Part shown: positions 14,191-29,995 of the stretch, in pieces | Position numbering within the stretch: position 1 is the first letter of the stretch | Layout: each line of letters opens with the position of its first letter | NCBI RefSeq assembly: GCF_009914755.1 | Contig: NC_060926.1 | Source of the DNA: the human T2T-CHM13v2.0 reference genome, Homo sapiens | Direction: 5' to 3' (one strand) | Length of the DNA stretch: 64,000 nt | Program-made: the position numbers and the translations under genes | Notes under the pieces: generated by a model | Told to the model about the DNA's origin: nothing | Seen by the model: the letters and a program-made list of their open reading frames with translations, nothing else | Databases searched by the model: none

Positions 14191-15299
14191 GGTGTAGATA
14201 ACGATTGCTCTTGTATTGGTTGGTAAGATAGATTTTCCTCATTCTTTATGTTGAGGTGCCAGGGTGTCACCTCCACACCAGTGTCATGAGCTCTTAAGGT
14301 ACAATCAGAAACCATTGATAACTACATATCTTCTGATGGTCTGCTCAGTAAGAACAAGGAGAAACTTCTTACCACTCTGCTCTCTTTTTTGACACACATG
14401 AAAATGACTACATTGTTGTATCTACAAATGATAAAATTGTCCCTATAAATGGGAAGATGATGTAAAAGGCAAAGCCTATCATAGTGAATGGAAATTGGGT
14501 AAAGATGTTATTGGAAATGGTAAGCCTTTAGCTTATTGCCTCCAAATTGATTCCCTATACCCTTAATATGAAGAAAAGTTTAAGCAACTCTTAGAGCTAT
14601 GACATTTCAGATCTTTCACTATATGTTGCAGGTGAATTTTCTTGGCTTCACTAATTATGAAACAGCTCTTAAAATAATAGGTCAGTATTTGTCCTCATTC
14701 ACAAAAGCAGCTGTCTTAGTAACCTAATTTCTTTTTATACTGGATCTTATGTCAACATTATATTCTTGCAGCACTTTTGAACAAACCAAATAAAGTATTT
14801 TCCTGTGGAGGAGCATCTTGAAATTCCTAAAACTATTTCCCATGTGAAAATCTTCAAACGATGCTTAACAAGCGAACACAAGTGCTATTTACATTTTCAT
14901 TTAGGTTCAAGTGATACCTTTGTGAGCTCACTGAGGTACATTTTGGGCACTTTTGTGCCTATGAAACTGTTCATGTTCCTAGCCTCTTATCTCTACTTAA
15001 TTATTTTAGGCAGCAACTTCCATGAAACACCTCCATAGTTGTCTTTTCTCTCTAAGGGCCACTTATCACATAAAATAATTTGATTCCCATATCTGCATTA
15101 ATTATATTTTTGAATTTTTTTAAACTGTAATCTTTTTAGTAGTGGTAAAAGAGCACTTGAACTAGTTTGCTTTTATTATTATGATTTTTTAAATGTAGCT
15201 GAGATGAACAGTGTTATAAATGGCTACTTGGTCTATTGTCAGCATTTCAATAGAGAACAAAGGGGTTTTATTTTTGTTTTTGACTTGCTATGTTTTTAA

Positions 15300-15554
<255 letters not shown>

Positions 15555-15904
15555 TAATGTGAAGTTCTGTATTCATATTTGTTTCTCTGTACCCCATTTT
15601 AAAAAGGCAGTTTATATAAATATATTGAATACAAGCAAAAGTATGTTAAAAGTAAATGGATGTCCTTTTTCCTAATTCGCACAAATGCATCTGCATGAAC
15701 CAGCAATGCTGCAGCCAAAATAAGCATTCTGATGAAGTTGCTGAGGTTTCTTAGGAGATGGGATTGTCAGTGACAAAACTGAGACGTTCTAGACAAGTTG
15801 GTTACCATTAAAGTGAATGTACCCAGCCTCTGAAAACAAACAAATGAGAGGAGAAATGAGACAAATTTTGTTTTAAATAGCTTTAAAGTAGTAGATAATT
15901 ATAG

Positions 15905-16150
15905 TAGTAGGGATTAAGAGCATGGGCTCAGTCATGTGGGGTGGGTTCAAACTCTTTTTACCTATGAGAGAGTTAAGAAATTGAACGGCAGTCTCAAATT
16001 TCGGGGCATCTGTTTCCTCATCTATAAAATGGAGATAATACTAGCACCAGCCTCCCATAGTTGTATGAGGATTAAATATACTTAGAAAATGCTCAGGATG
16101 AGGACTAAATATACTTGCAAAGCGCACTTAGCACTCAAACTGTTAGCTAT
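15905..16150 (+). mobile_element. MIR SINE
   Basis: 'ttaagagcatgggctc', 'tgtttcctcatctataaaatggagataata', 'gttgtatgaggattaaat'. Confidence 0.8.
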
Positions 16151-19100
16151 TCTCACCATATATAGAGTGTATATATCAGAATACAATACATCTTTTAAAA
16201 TTCTCATGGTAGGCCTGTTACCTTTTGGCAGACAAAGAATTTACAGCCGAGAAAGATTAAAGTGGAAAATGTAAATAGGTAAGACAAGAGGAAGTCATAG
16301 CACTGTTAATACGCTAAGCACAGGTTGGGAGGTTCTGTTCACTCCCCACAGGTGGGCCACAGACCCTGCGCCAAGGGAGGGGTACATGGTACTGTGAGCC
16401 ATGGGGGTCCACAGGATGAAAACTTACCCATCGTTGTTGTGAAGGGGAATCTTTTTCAGTGCCGAGATGAGGGAGAAATTTCCTGAGCATCTTTTAGAGA
16501 AGACCCTGTGACATAGGGCTCAAAGTCCTCAACAGGCCTGAAACGAGTTGTTTCTCCTGGGCTGTTCCTCATGAAGCCCCCGCTGTGTGACCTGATGGCG
16601 ATGCTGCCACAGAGGTTGTTCCATAGGCCAGATCATGTGGCAGTGCGCGGTGCTCTCTGCCGGCCTTAGGTAGATTTCAAAGGACTGGGAGAAAACAGCC
16701 TAGACGGCATATCCTTCAGGCCATCCTTAAATAGTGTTGTTTGCAGCAAAACTTTGCCAACAGTTGAGCAACAGGGAAATGAGCTGGATATTGTACTTCC
16801 TGTTTATACCTGGATGCCAGCTGCTTTATGTATCTGTGAAATACAAAAATGTGCATCTAAGTCAACTAATCCAGGATTGGACTCTTGTCTTCTCACGGAG
16901 GCTCAGGATGCTGGTGTGCATACGTTTCTGAATACTAGGCACAGAGTTTGGCATAGGAAGTTGTGGAATTTGGTGTCTACCTCAATGTAGGGACAAGGAG
17001 ATCGAAGGCCTTAAGTTCTCTGCCATAGAGTGTGGGCCAGGGAAACTTGATCCGGAAAAAACATGCCAAACAGATATAAGCTTGCAAGTACCCGTAAGAG
17101 CAATTTTTTTTAAGTACAGTAGCCAAAAATGTTTGGTCCTGAACCATGAAACTTCTTGGTATATCTTTCAAGGTAAACCAGAAACCAAAACATGTACTTA
17201 GAGAGCAGAGTCAACTTGCCAGATGGGATTAGTGACCATAAACTGCCTAAACGTTGGGGAGTACCAACCAGGATTCATGACTCTTTTTGGCAGTTACTCC
17301 ATTTAACTAATCCAAAAATTGTATCACATAATTAAGGCATAAATTTTAAAGCATGGGGATCAGCTAAGAAGCCATTGGTTTACGCTGCTATACTTTTCTG
17401 CCCAATACTGAGTCCTTGAGCCTGGCTCTCCTGGGAGAGTTCAGGGACCAGTTCTGAATGAGGATCTGTGTAACCAGGTGTGGTACTGATCACATCAGCC
17501 CCACAGCCAACTCCCATCTACAGAGTTAGGACAGTCAGCGACGCCCTCCGTTATACATCAGTCTCAGATTCCCGCCCCATCCTTACCAAGATCAAAGCAC
17601 ATCTGGCTGGTACACGGTGGACACTGGGAACCCGAAACAAGCCTGCACCTCATAGGATGTGCCTGCCCTGTGGTGCCTGGGCTTGGCGTTGACCAGGGAT
17701 TGGTGTGCATCTTAGATGGCTTACTGATAAGGCGGTAGCCTGCATTTTGTAGGGAGAAACAGATTGTGCTTTTAAAGGATGGTATAGATCATGTTCCAGT
17801 TTGAGTCCCAGGGAGTCGGAGAGGGCACAGGGGCTGGGATGGAGCTCCTGGGAGAGTGGAGATGGCACTGCTTAGCATGCAGCCCCACAGTGTGGATGCT
17901 GTGGATGATGTTAATTTTAGAATTGCTGCTGACGACCAGTACTCTTAATTGCTTAGTATTTTACTTTAAACTGATTAATATATCTTTTTAAAACTTTGCT
18001 TTAAACTAATATTTGTGACATGAGTTTAATATGCTGGGGTTTAATTTTTGCCCTTGGAGCACCCACCTAAAATTATCCTCTCCCCCTGGCTTGGGCAACA
18101 TTGTCACAAAAGGCCACTGTGTATCATCAAGCATCAAAAGAGATGCCTTCATTCCAGTCCTCAGTGAAAAAACAATGTACATGTAGCATCAAAAGAAGAA
18201 AGGCTCCTGGTTTGAATTACTGGTAACAACTAAAGTCTGGCCCACCCATTGCTTCCAACTTAGGGAGTTCTTGAGCCTGCATGGACAGGGTCATGTGGGG
18301 AAACTTGCTCTGAATCCCTCTCTAAGGTGCTCTGTTGCGCTCAGCCAGGCCTTGGTGCCATTATTGCACTGAAGCAAGGAAGGAGGATGTTGAGTTCCAG
18401 AGCCACCTTCCATAGCTCCGAACAGGGAGAGACTCTCAGAACCGGCCCTCCTGTGGTCTTGGAGGCTGGCTGCCTGGGCCATCCTGTGATGGGGCAGCCT
18501 CTCCAAGGCAAGTGGAGGTGTGCCCCAAATCCAAAGTGAGGTAGAAGACCCAACACAAGTGTAGGAATTAAAATACATAGGATTTGAGGAGATAAAAGTA
18601 ATCAAGATGTAAATAGCTTTCTGGCGTAGCTCCCCCTTCAGCCAGGCAATACCATACCCTTGGTTGTTTCAACATTAGCAAAGAGCTGAGCAAATAAAAG
18701 GGAAGGAAAGAGGGTGGGAAAAGAGCAAAAGAAAGCAGAGTGGACAGAAGATGGTCAGGTGTCCTGTCCTCCCCACCCCCCCGCCAACCCCTCATCCCTT
18801 CCCTCAAAGAAGGCTTGGCCTTCTGCTCCACCTCTCTTTGCCTCAAACAAACCAAGTATATTCGAAAGGAACAGATTCAGGCAGAGCAGTGTTAGACTTC
18901 CTTGCCCTCAGTTTGGACATGAAGCTTCCTTGTTCTCAGTTTGGACATGACAGTTTTATTTTTATAAGAACTATCTTGATATAAATGAGCTTTCTTCTGT
19001 ATTTTTGCTATTTGTGAAACAGCGACACTCGAATTCATTTCAATGGAAATGTAGCGATTTCTCATCTTACTCAAACAGCCAAATAGTTTTCTAAACAAAT

Positions 19101-19849
19101 TTAGCAAGAGAATTAATCATGGCCACGGCCCAGTTCCCATGACATGGTATGGGTACTTTTCTATGTTCTATAAATTTAAAAGTATTAGCAAAAATTAAGA
19201 AATTGCTGCTTACTAGTGTTTAGGAATCTGAGGGTATTTATAAAGATCACACTTAGTGTGCCACCTGTAAAGACTTCTGTTGCTCCTCCTGTAGACATCT
19301 ATAAGATTTACAAAATGAATCTGACAATTTCCAAGTTGTTTAATGGAAATCTTTGCAAGATTGGCATACATTTGCATCTTCTAATAACTATTAACTGTTA
19401 GCCATCAAGAAAGAAGTTTTAAAATGAACTAAGATGGATACTAAGCTCAGAAAAAAATGATATGGCTTTGTAATAAAGTGACATTATTAATTCTTTTACA
19501 TCTTTGTAGTAGCTTGAGCTAATTAGGACACTTGACTTACAGTAAAAACAATTAACCCCACTTTAGGTTAAGCGTGAATGATTGGAGATGGGTCACATTC
19601 ACATCAAGAATTGGTTAGTGTCAGATCTGATTCTCAGGGCTCCCTCCCTTCTCCCCAAGGGTTAGTCAAAGAAAATGTCACTCACATGATGAGGAGGGCC
19701 ATCCCTCAGTGAAAGGGAATTGTAGAGTTTTATTTGCACCGGTGACTTGTGCATCTTTTGTGAGTTATTGCATTTTTGCTGACTGGGTGTTCAAACAAGT
19801 TTCTGTAGCAACAACAACACAAGATGATATAAACCAACAACCTAATTCA

Positions 19850-20100
19850 CCCAGGATCCTTCATCTGCAATTCTCAAAGCCAAAAGGTTCAGAATACCAG
19901 AAGATTTTCTAAATAACTAATTCGGCAGCAAAACTTGACCTGATATGAGGCTACTGGGTGTCTTTATATATTTTGTTATAGAAATATTTAATTTCAAGAT
20001 GCTGCCTCAGTTTCTGCTGGATATATTACAAGTCCAAAATCCACATTTTTCTGAATTCCAAAATGCATCTGGCACCAAAGGATTTCAGCTGTATGGGGTG
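19850..20100 (+). mobile_element. MER46C-like (Tigger) fragment
   Basis: 'ggcagcaaaacttgacctga..tgaggcta', 'ttctgaattccaaaatgcatctggcaccaaaggatttc'. Confidence 0.65.
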
Positions 20101-20799
20101 GTTGTCCTCCAATATACATCTTAGTGAATATAAAATTCTGGAATTTTCAGGCTGGGAGACACCCTGGATGTAAGGCGGCGGTGGCGGGGCATGGGGAGAA
20201 CTCCCTCACTTCATGGATGGTACAATGAGGCCCAGGGTCATTAGCATCAAGCTAATTGTAAACTGAAGTCACTCACTCATACCTCACACCAAACTTCACA
20301 ACAGTGCATGCTGAGTCTGATCACTTTTAAAACACATTTATGATCTGGGTAAAATAATGAAGCTTGAGTAACTTATAGTGGTGGCAAGAAAAGCCAAAAT
20401 TCTTAAAGTCCATCAACCAAAATGAATTACTTCTAGGATAATAAAACACTTTGGGTTAATGGTTATAAATGATTCTGTCTAAAGGAATACAGTAATTATT
20501 CACACAGTATAAGATGTATTATTTACTTATTTGTCCACTCAGTAAACATTTATTAAACATCCAAGTGCCAGATACGTGCCTAGGAACTGAATAGGAAGTC
20601 CTGAAAAGTATACTTCAGTCAAGATTATATTTTAGGTGTGAGTGGAGGTCGGGGGAGTTCTGTGGGTTTTAACTACCAACACATATTTATTGAGTTGTTG
20701 CTGTGTCTAATGGACTATAAACTCCGCATCCAGAAAGAACCTGCATTAGGTGAATCACTGAGCAAGAATTAGAGGCCAAAGTTCCAGGACATGAGATGC

Positions 20800-21410
20800 C
20801 CTGCTTAGACTTGTCACTATCTCCACTGAACCTTCTCTGGTCAGGCCACCACCATCTTTTACATAGAATATTGCAGTTGCTTTGTAAGTTGCATTCCTGC
20901 TTCGACCACCATCCTCTGCACAGCAGCTAGAGGGATTATTTGAACTTTATGTGAGCCAGATCACATAATTGCTTTCCTCAAAACCCTGCAATGATTCATC
21001 TTACCCACAGTCAAAGTCCTTATGGCAGCCACCACCCTCCGCATTGCGCTGCTTCGCCCTGGCTGCTCCTTCCCCTCGCTGCTTCTCCCTCTGCCTGTGA
21101 CACTCTTGCCTAGAATCTGCATGACTACTTCCCTCCTCTCCTTCAAACCTTTGCTCAAATAAAGCCTATGCTGATGATCTCTTCTAGAATTGCAACTCAT
21201 TCTGCCTCTACCACTCCAAGTATTCCAAATCCCCTTCTCCCGGGTTTACCTTTCACCTTGTAACATACAGTATAATTTCTGTGTTATGTTCTTGGCTATT
21301 GTCTGTTTCCACAAAGGTAGGGATCTTTGTTCACTGATGCCTCCCACCCACTTAGGACGTGCCTAGTGTGTGCTGGAGTCCTGGAAGTAGCTGTCAGGTG
21401 AATGAAAAGT
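20800..21410 (+). mobile_element. L2 LINE 3' fragment
   Basis: 'ctcaaaaccctgcaatgattc', 'caaagtccttatggc', 'tttgttcactgatg', ends 'gtgaatgaa'. Confidence 0.7.
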
Positions 21411-21722
21411 GTCATAGGACTGGAGGGTGGAGCCTTGTGGAGGAGCGCAAGTGATGAGGATGCAGAAGGAGGAACAGATAACTTGGTTTCTTTGTGTCAA
21501 CCTGTGACATGCAAGCTTGCACTCCAAGGGCCAACTACAGGAGGTCTTAGAGGTTTAGGCAGGCATGTGGCATAATCGGATCTCCACTTAGTTCTCCTGC
21601 CCCAGAGCAGAGAGCAGACTGGGGTAGGATAGGATCAGAGGTAGGAGCCCAGGTGGTTGTTCCAGAGTGTTCATGCTTATTACTGTTTTTACTCCTCTGA
21701 GTACTGCGATGGTCAGATAGTC

Positions 21723-21925
21723 TAGCAGCTCTCAACCAGGAGTGATTTTTTGGACATTTGGCAGTGTCTGGAGACATTTTTGATTGTCGCAACTGCAGAG
21801 TTGCGACTGGCATCTATGGATAGAGGCCAGGGAAGCTGCTAAAAGTATTACAGTGGACAGGAGAGCCACCACAACAAAGAATTACCCAGCCCCAAATGTT
21901 GATAGTGTTGTTGTTAAGATCCCTT
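21723..21925 (+). mobile_element. MER20 (hAT-Charlie)
   Basis: 'ggacatttggcagtgtctggagacatttttgattgtc...gaggccaggga.gctgctaaa...acaacaaagaattacccagccccaaatgt'. Confidence 0.88.
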
Positions 21926-24329
21926 GCAGAGAACGTCCAAAAGACCAACTCTCAAACCTGAGAACACCCTTGTTTACGATAGAAGCAAAATAAGCACATC
22001 CTATTCTCCAGTCCCGCGGGCGGCTCCATTACTTACCTCTTGACTCCTTGCCTCTGTCACCGCTCTCCCTGTGTGCCCACCATTTTTCTCTGGGCTTGCC
22101 CTTCAGCCTCACTGTTCTGCTGAGAAGGTAGAAGAACACTGCAGAGGCCCGAGCCTCAGGAGCTGGAGACAGATTTGCAGCCAGGAGATGTGGTGTCACT
22201 GTGTGCGCAAGTTCCGTGTGTGACATGGTGTCAGAGGGCTGCTGGCCTGGCTTGTAGTAATTCCTCTGTAAATAACTCTCCTTAGCCAGCCTTATGTAAA
22301 AGCTAGCCTGGGTGGGTTTCCTCCCTGGGTGGGAGGCCATGGGCTTGGCTATGTGTTCTCATCTTCTGATATCTCACTAGGCTTTGTGTATCTTTCACAG
22401 TTCCCGTGGCTGTAGAATTTTGGATCCTGCGGAGTGGGTTTTGAAATGAGCAGAGATTTTGTAAAAAGAAATCTTTCCTATGAATTCTGCTGGAGATTCT
22501 CAGGCAGGGAGCCTTTGTGAACAGGAGCAGCAGGTCATAGGCAGTCCACGCTTAGGATGACCTGCAGCCCCAGCCCTGCGACTCTCCCAGCTCAGGGTCA
22601 GTGCTGAATGCCCACTCTGTGGTGGCCTTTGTGGTACACACTCTACACACAGGATCCCATTTAATCCTCAAACTCCCCTGGGGGTCCCCTGGCAGGGAGG
22701 CTTCTCAGGCTGAGGTCTGGGCAGTCACACAGGGCCTGGTACTCAGGAGGGCCCTGCGGTTGGTTGCATGCTTTGCTGTCACTTGCTTGGAATTCCTAAT
22801 CGTTTTTTAGCAAGGGGCCCCACACTTCTGTTTTGCACTGGGCTCCAAAATCATTGGTGTTTATGAATCCCTGGGGAGATGCATGTCTTTCCTCCTTCAT
22901 TTCTTTCACATTTCCAAACTCTGTCTTCAGCATTACCCTTAGAACATCAGAAGTCCCTGCAAGGCCCAGAGCTCCTGTGCCCAGGATCCAGGCTCCCTAG
23001 GTGGCCTCAGCCACCCCTTCCTGAGGGGCTGCAAGGGCGGGGGGTTTTGAAGATCTCTGCTGTCTTTTCCACACCCTCTACCAATACTCCCTCTTAAGTT
23101 TGGGTGAAATTACTCTTCCTCTCTCTCTTGTTCTTATTACCTTTTAACCTCTTGCACTCAAGGCATTCCCTGGTTTTGCATCCTTAATAAGGTTAGGTTT
23201 ACAGGAGACAGCCACAACCTTGTCTTGTTTCACCTTCAGTACCATGTCCTGGGCATACATTCACAGATACAGGAAATAACTTTGTGGGGAAGGGTATTAA
23301 CTCCACACTTGAACTGCCTGAATCCTCATTTTTTTTCCCCCTATTGCTAGCTTGCTCTGTGACTTGAGGCAAGTAATACAAACTTTCTATGCTGTTATTT
23401 CCTCATCGGTTCAGCACGTATTTACTAGCCCCGTTGAGGGCCTGGCGCTGTCCATGGGGTTAATGATAATGCCACCTCCTAAGCACTCACGGGCACTCAC
23501 GGGCACACGGCTTGGTTAAGTTGGTGAGAATCCTTACTGCCCACCTGCAGGGCTTGCTTGTTTATCTCAAAGTCGACTTCTCACAGGTGCTACTGTCTTT
23601 TTTGTCATTTGCTCATCATCTTTGGGCTTTCCGATCCAGTGGGGTAGAGTTTGCCAGCATGTGACTGAAGAACCACTGCATTAGAATCAGCTGGTGACCT
23701 GCTGGGCACTCTGAATTTTCAACAATCTGACATGCAAGAACACACTAGGTGGAGAATGGCTTGAGCAGGCAGTGGTTCTCAGCCCTGGGGAGCTAAAAGT
23801 AATGAAGTCTTGCTCTGGTCCAGACCAACTGGGAGGAATATCTGGGAGGGGCGCAAGCATCTGTGTCTTTTAAATGCTCTCTCTGTAGATTCTGGTGTAC
23901 ATTGAGGGTTGGGAACAACCATGCCTGGCCCTTTACCATATCAGGCCTTGGAACATGGGTTTTAAGAACACTATTAAATACGAGCCTCTGCCTGCTTTCA
24001 GTTTTCCCCTCTTGGACCAAATAATTGGGAGAAAAGGCCATTTTCTTCCCCAAATGGTTTGTTCTCTTTGTGTGCTGGAACATAGCCTTTTCCTCTGTGA
24101 GTTTGCAGTGCCAGCAGATCAAAATTATAATAGCAAATGACAAAAGCTAAGTTGTAAGATAAGGCAGAGTAACTAAGACTCTAGGAAAGGCCCATAGGGC
24201 ACTTCATAGTTCCTGGCACTGCCACCTTACAGGGCTCGGATGTGACCACACATACAGCAAGTTGTTCTGTGCTGAGATGTGAACTTAATAGAAAGATCCT
24301 GACCTAGCACAAAACCCGCGGGTTAAAAT

Positions 24330-24520
24330 AATAGCATAATGTATTGATTCATTCCTCAGTGCCAGACACTGGGTCATGTGTTGTTGTGTTGAATTCTCAC
24401 AATGCTATGAAGTGTGAGTGCTAATAATCTCCACTTTACAGATGGAGGAACTAACGATATGAATGACTAAATACCTTACCATGTCACACAGCTGGCAACG
24501 GCTGGTATATAAATCCAGTT
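24330..24520 (-). mobile_element. MIR fragment
   Basis: 'gtgccagacactg', 'aattctcacaa', 'ccactttacagatggaggaact', 'gtcacacagctgg'. Confidence 0.7.
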
Positions 24521-26529
24521 CATATATTTAACTGTTCAAAATAAACTAGTGGTAGAAAATAAGCAATGTCCCTTAGTAATGAGGTCTGATTTGATATTCA
24601 CAGACTAGATCTCCCCATGGCCAGGCTTCAGGACTGTAGCAGAGGGAATTGGAAGGTTGCTGTTTCTCTTCTCTGGTCTGAGTATAAAATCAGGGCCACG
24701 GACTGGTGAGGATTTGGTCTTGGCATAAGAGGATTTTTTTGGTTTAGATGGGTGATTTGCTCTCTACCGCCATCTGCTGGCTCTCTGTACCAAGCATAGG
24801 CCCAAGCTCCACGTTTCTCATCACAAGTGGCACAGGGTATGGTGTCCAAATGTGGACACCTCATCTGTGTGGTGAAACGCCTTCAGTTCACAGTGTCAAA
24901 AGTAACAATGATGTGTATTTCTCCAGGAAAGAGAACTTCTGTGGTTTTAAATAATGAGGATGGTTTCTCCTGTTTCTCTTAACTACTGATGGATTTGTAA
25001 CCATATTCCAAATACTAGCTTATATTTCTCTGACTCCCAGAGCAGAATAGAAAGCAGTATAAGACAGCTTCGTTGCCTTCTAATGCTGCAGCTGCCTTGG
25101 TCAGCCCAGCTGGGACATCATGATTACATTTCTGTTCTCTGGGTTTGTGTCAGAAGTAGAAACTAAGCCTGGATAGACAGGAGAAGGGAATTAATGTCAG
25201 AACTTTGTCAGGGATCTGCCATTCACCAAGGTCTCACCAGAAGGTTCCCAGAAGAGACTGTGTGGTTCTCTTTACCACTCTTGCATGCAGAAGAACAATT
25301 AGGTTAAAAAAGGATGGCAATGGGATGTTATTAGGAAACATGAATACAGCTTTTGACACACTGATGTCTTCCTTTTTAAAATGGTTATCTAAGGAATGAG
25401 AGTGACCTGGTATTGTATCTATTGCCTGGTGGACAGACGCCATGAGATTGACTTGTCTGATGTGACAAAAGACAATTGATGTGTTGAAAGAACTGAGTAC
25501 TTAGGGAGAGACCCAGTTGCTCTCTGAGAGAAAATGTTCACAGCTCATTAAGTTGATATTGCAAGCAATGAAAATGTAGCAACTCCTTCTCTTGTTCTCT
25601 TCCCTTCCACCCATGTGTAGCCAGAAATAATCCTTGCTAAGCTCCGCCTTTACGTTGGTTAGTTCAGTGGAACCCTTTTTCAAATGAAATCGGAGATGGT
25701 GAGGTGTCAAGGGAAATGCAGCAGTGGGATCCTCAAACTCCCGCCTCTTGCTGTCCTATTTCCTGGCCCTCTCCTTGCCAGGAACCTGGCACTCTTCTGA
25801 GGAATGCAAGAGCTCCCTGGATATGGTCTGAAAAACACTGAGTGCCATGTGACTTGACTGGTTCATTAGTCTGGGCTGAGTTGGAAGGTTGGTCTTTGTT
25901 CCTGAGCCTCTTAAAATTTTTTAAAAGAGAGGATATATAGATATATAGTTAATGTCGATATTTAATTCCAGGTTGTGGGTTATTATAATCTTTTTTCCTT
26001 GCTGAATTTATTCCCCCAAATAAGGTTAAAAATAGCAGGACAATAAATACAGTAAAAAAGTAGATTATTTAGTTTTTGCTGATGTTGGAAAATCATTAAC
26101 TCTTTCCTTCCTGATAATGCTGAAGAGTACAGCATTAAATCCTTTCTGTAATAAAGCATAAATAGATACTTGACCAAATACAGCTCCAGGCCCTTGGGAC
26201 AAATTCAAGTCATTTGGCCTTGAGAGGCCAGACATGCTGTTGGAGGCCTTGGGAGAACTGGTGTGTTCATGCTTACAGTGAAGCCATGGATTCCAGACCT
26301 GCCTGGAAAAGGGCCGTGTCTTTAAAACATCAATGGCATTATAAAAGGACTATGATCTGAATATTCAATAACAGTTAAAATATATAACGTATCACTAAGA
26401 TGTAATGTATATGTCTATATCTGTATACAATGTATGTGTATATAGGTACACATATACATTTGCATCACTTTAGTTTTTGATGCATGGATATCTGCTTACA
26501 TATGTCTGGCCCCTTTTTCAAATGTAATC

Positions 26530-26625
26530 TTCATTACGGTAGGGGCCTATCTTGTTCACTGTTAAGCTCCACTGTCAGGCACAGAGTAGTGCTGAATAAA
26601 AATTTCTGGAATAAAGGAATGAATA
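26530..26625 (+). mobile_element. L2 3' end
   Basis: 'tcttgttcactg...ggcacagagtagtgctgaataaaaattt...gaatgaat'. Confidence 0.65.
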
Positions 26626-26719
26626 TATCCCTTCTTTGAATGTTCTTACTGAGTAACAAGGGTGGTATCTTTTATTTCTTGGCATCTCCAAGGACTCAAA
26701 TATTTGATTTTGATGTTTT

Positions 26720-26862
26720 ATTTCATTTGCTCAGTAATCTTTATTGAGCATCTACCACGTGACAGTCACTGTGCCAGGTATTGAGGATATAGCAGTAAAT
26801 AAAACTGATAAAACTCTCTTCACAGACCTTTCTATTCTACTGAGAGGAAGCAGACAATAAAT
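26720..26862 (-). mobile_element. L2 3' end
   Basis: 'tttattgagcatctac...cactgtgccaggtattgaggatatagcagtaaataaaac...ttctattcta...cagacaataaa'. Confidence 0.7.
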
Positions 26863-27541
26863 ACGGTAAAAGTAGATTATTTGTTTTTTGCTGATGTTGA
26901 AATATCACTGACTCTTCTTCCTTCCTGATGATGCTGAAGAGCAAAGCATTAAACCCTTTGTGTAATAAAAGTAGATGATGCAAAGCCTGCTAGGGAGACA
27001 ACTAATTCAGCCCCTCCTCCCAAGCCCCTGCAGGAGCTGAGAAAAACACCAGGGAGAAAACGGGAATATGTTGACTCCTGAGTGGTAATGAAACCCCGAA
27101 AAGGGTAGGCAAAGAGATCAGGACAAGGAGGGGGGCTGTGGCAACAGGATCATGGGCGCAAGGCCGTGTGGTTCTCTGCAGCTGAGCTGCATGCCCTGTC
27201 AGCTTGCAATGACATCCTGACTGCTTTCACCATACATCTGTCCTTCCCATCCTTGAAAGCCCATCCTGATGTTTGCAGTGGAGGATTTTGATTAATTGAC
27301 CCTGAACTACTGTTGCCAGGGTGTCTCTACTCCTCCTGGCGGGAATAATACATCGGCCTGTGTGCTTTTTCCCACCATTTCAAGACCTGTAGCAATGAAT
27401 TCAGAGGAAGGAGTAAAGACAGTTATCTCATGTATTTGTTTAAAGCCTTATGCCTTGAAAAACTACTTTCTCTTAATAAAAGCATTTATCTCATTGGATC
27501 CTCTCGGGACCACAGTGAAGTGATTAAGATCAAGATTATAG

Positions 27542-28290
<749 letters not shown>

Positions 28291-29255
28291 CAGATTTTTA
28301 ATTTTGCAGTAAACAGTTTTTAGAATGTTATAATTGAAAATACTTTGATAGAACTATTTAGTAGGTCTTTCAACATAAGAAAGCTGCTTCCTTAGTCAAA
28401 TACTTCAAAGTATTATGTAAATTTAGTTTTAGAGCCTCTTAAAGGCGTTCTAATTGGAATGACAGATTACTTGGTCACCATAATTACAGTCTATATCTTA
28501 AGGGGAGAAAAATTGGTCCCCAGCAAGGAAAGAATACTCCTATGTCTAGCCAGCTGGACCTAGAGCAGGAGTAGAGGCCAAGTCCTCGAACGTCTGATAC
28601 TTTCTATCCCAGAGACACAGTGCCTGCTGGGGAGGCAAATTGGAGCCCATCACATCCTGGCCTTGTTTTAAAGTATTTAGGAAATTGATATTGCTTCTGT
28701 ATTTCTAATTCGGATTCAAAAACTCACTGCCTAAACAAATAACAAACCCAGTAAGGAACAGAACAGACTGCAAAAAATCCAAGATACTGAGACTCAGGCA
28801 AGTGAGGACCTGCCTAGGGAGGATGAAATAGTACTACTGAGAGGGACGTGTGGACTTTAAAGGAGTACTATGCTTTTGGAGAAGAGGCTTGTGGAGAAGA
28901 TTCCATAAATTAAGTCGGTGAAGAATAGTATTTTCACTGATAAATGTTTGATGGTATTTTGAGATTGAAATTGGAGTTTCATTTGCATATTTCTGAGACA
29001 TGGTGCATCTGTTTATTCCGTAGGATATATCTAGATTCTGATCAAATATGTATTAAACTTGTTTAATATGATCATCAGCTGTTCTGTAGTGTCACCCACG
29101 TATAATTTTAACACAATGTTATTCCTAAAGGTTGAACTGATTCTTCTCTGATAGCAAATCTGAAGGAAATTATTCTGAAGGTTAGGTTTTCATGAAGACC
29201 AATTTATCATCTTATATTTACTTGATGATATAGTATTTAAAATACATTCTACTGT

Positions 29256-29470
29256 TTAAGACCAGCCTGGGCACCACATAGCAAGACCTTGTCTCTAGAA
29301 AGAAAAAAAACTAGTCTAGGCATGGTGTTGCACACCTGTAGTCCCAGTTACTTGGGAGGGTGAAGCAGGAGGATTACTTTGAGCCCCGGAAGTCGAGGCT
29401 TCAGTGAGCTACAGTGCTACCACACTCCAGCCTGGGCAACAGAGTGAGACCTTGTCTCTAAAAAATAAAA
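29256..29470 (+). mobile_element. 5'-truncated AluJ
   Basis: 'gaccagcctgggca..catagcaagacc', 'gagcccc.ggaagtcgaggct', A-rich tail. Confidence 0.88.
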
Positions 29471-29595
29471 ACAAACAATCCTGCTGTAGAAACACATAGT
29501 TATCCTAAGTCAAGGAAAAGCAGCCACTCTTTTGCAAACTAGATTACAAGGGGTGGAGGAAACATCCAGCGCTTGTAAGAAAATAACACAGAATG

Positions 29596-29949
<354 letters not shown>

Positions 29950-29992
29950 TCACATTTGATGGTATCCTGGTTAAAGGGCATTTACTTTAGGG

Positions 29993-29995
<3 letters not shown>

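Noticed and set aside
26530-26862. Tail-to-tail L2 3' ends as a miR-28-type hairpin
   Set aside because: ~100-nt spacer and poor arm complementarity by eye
26035-26970. Duplicated unit as intronic C/D snoRNA pair (TGATGA, CTGA motifs)
   Set aside because: C-like and D-like boxes are not at proper spacing, no terminal stem seen, and TGATGA is not kept in the first copy
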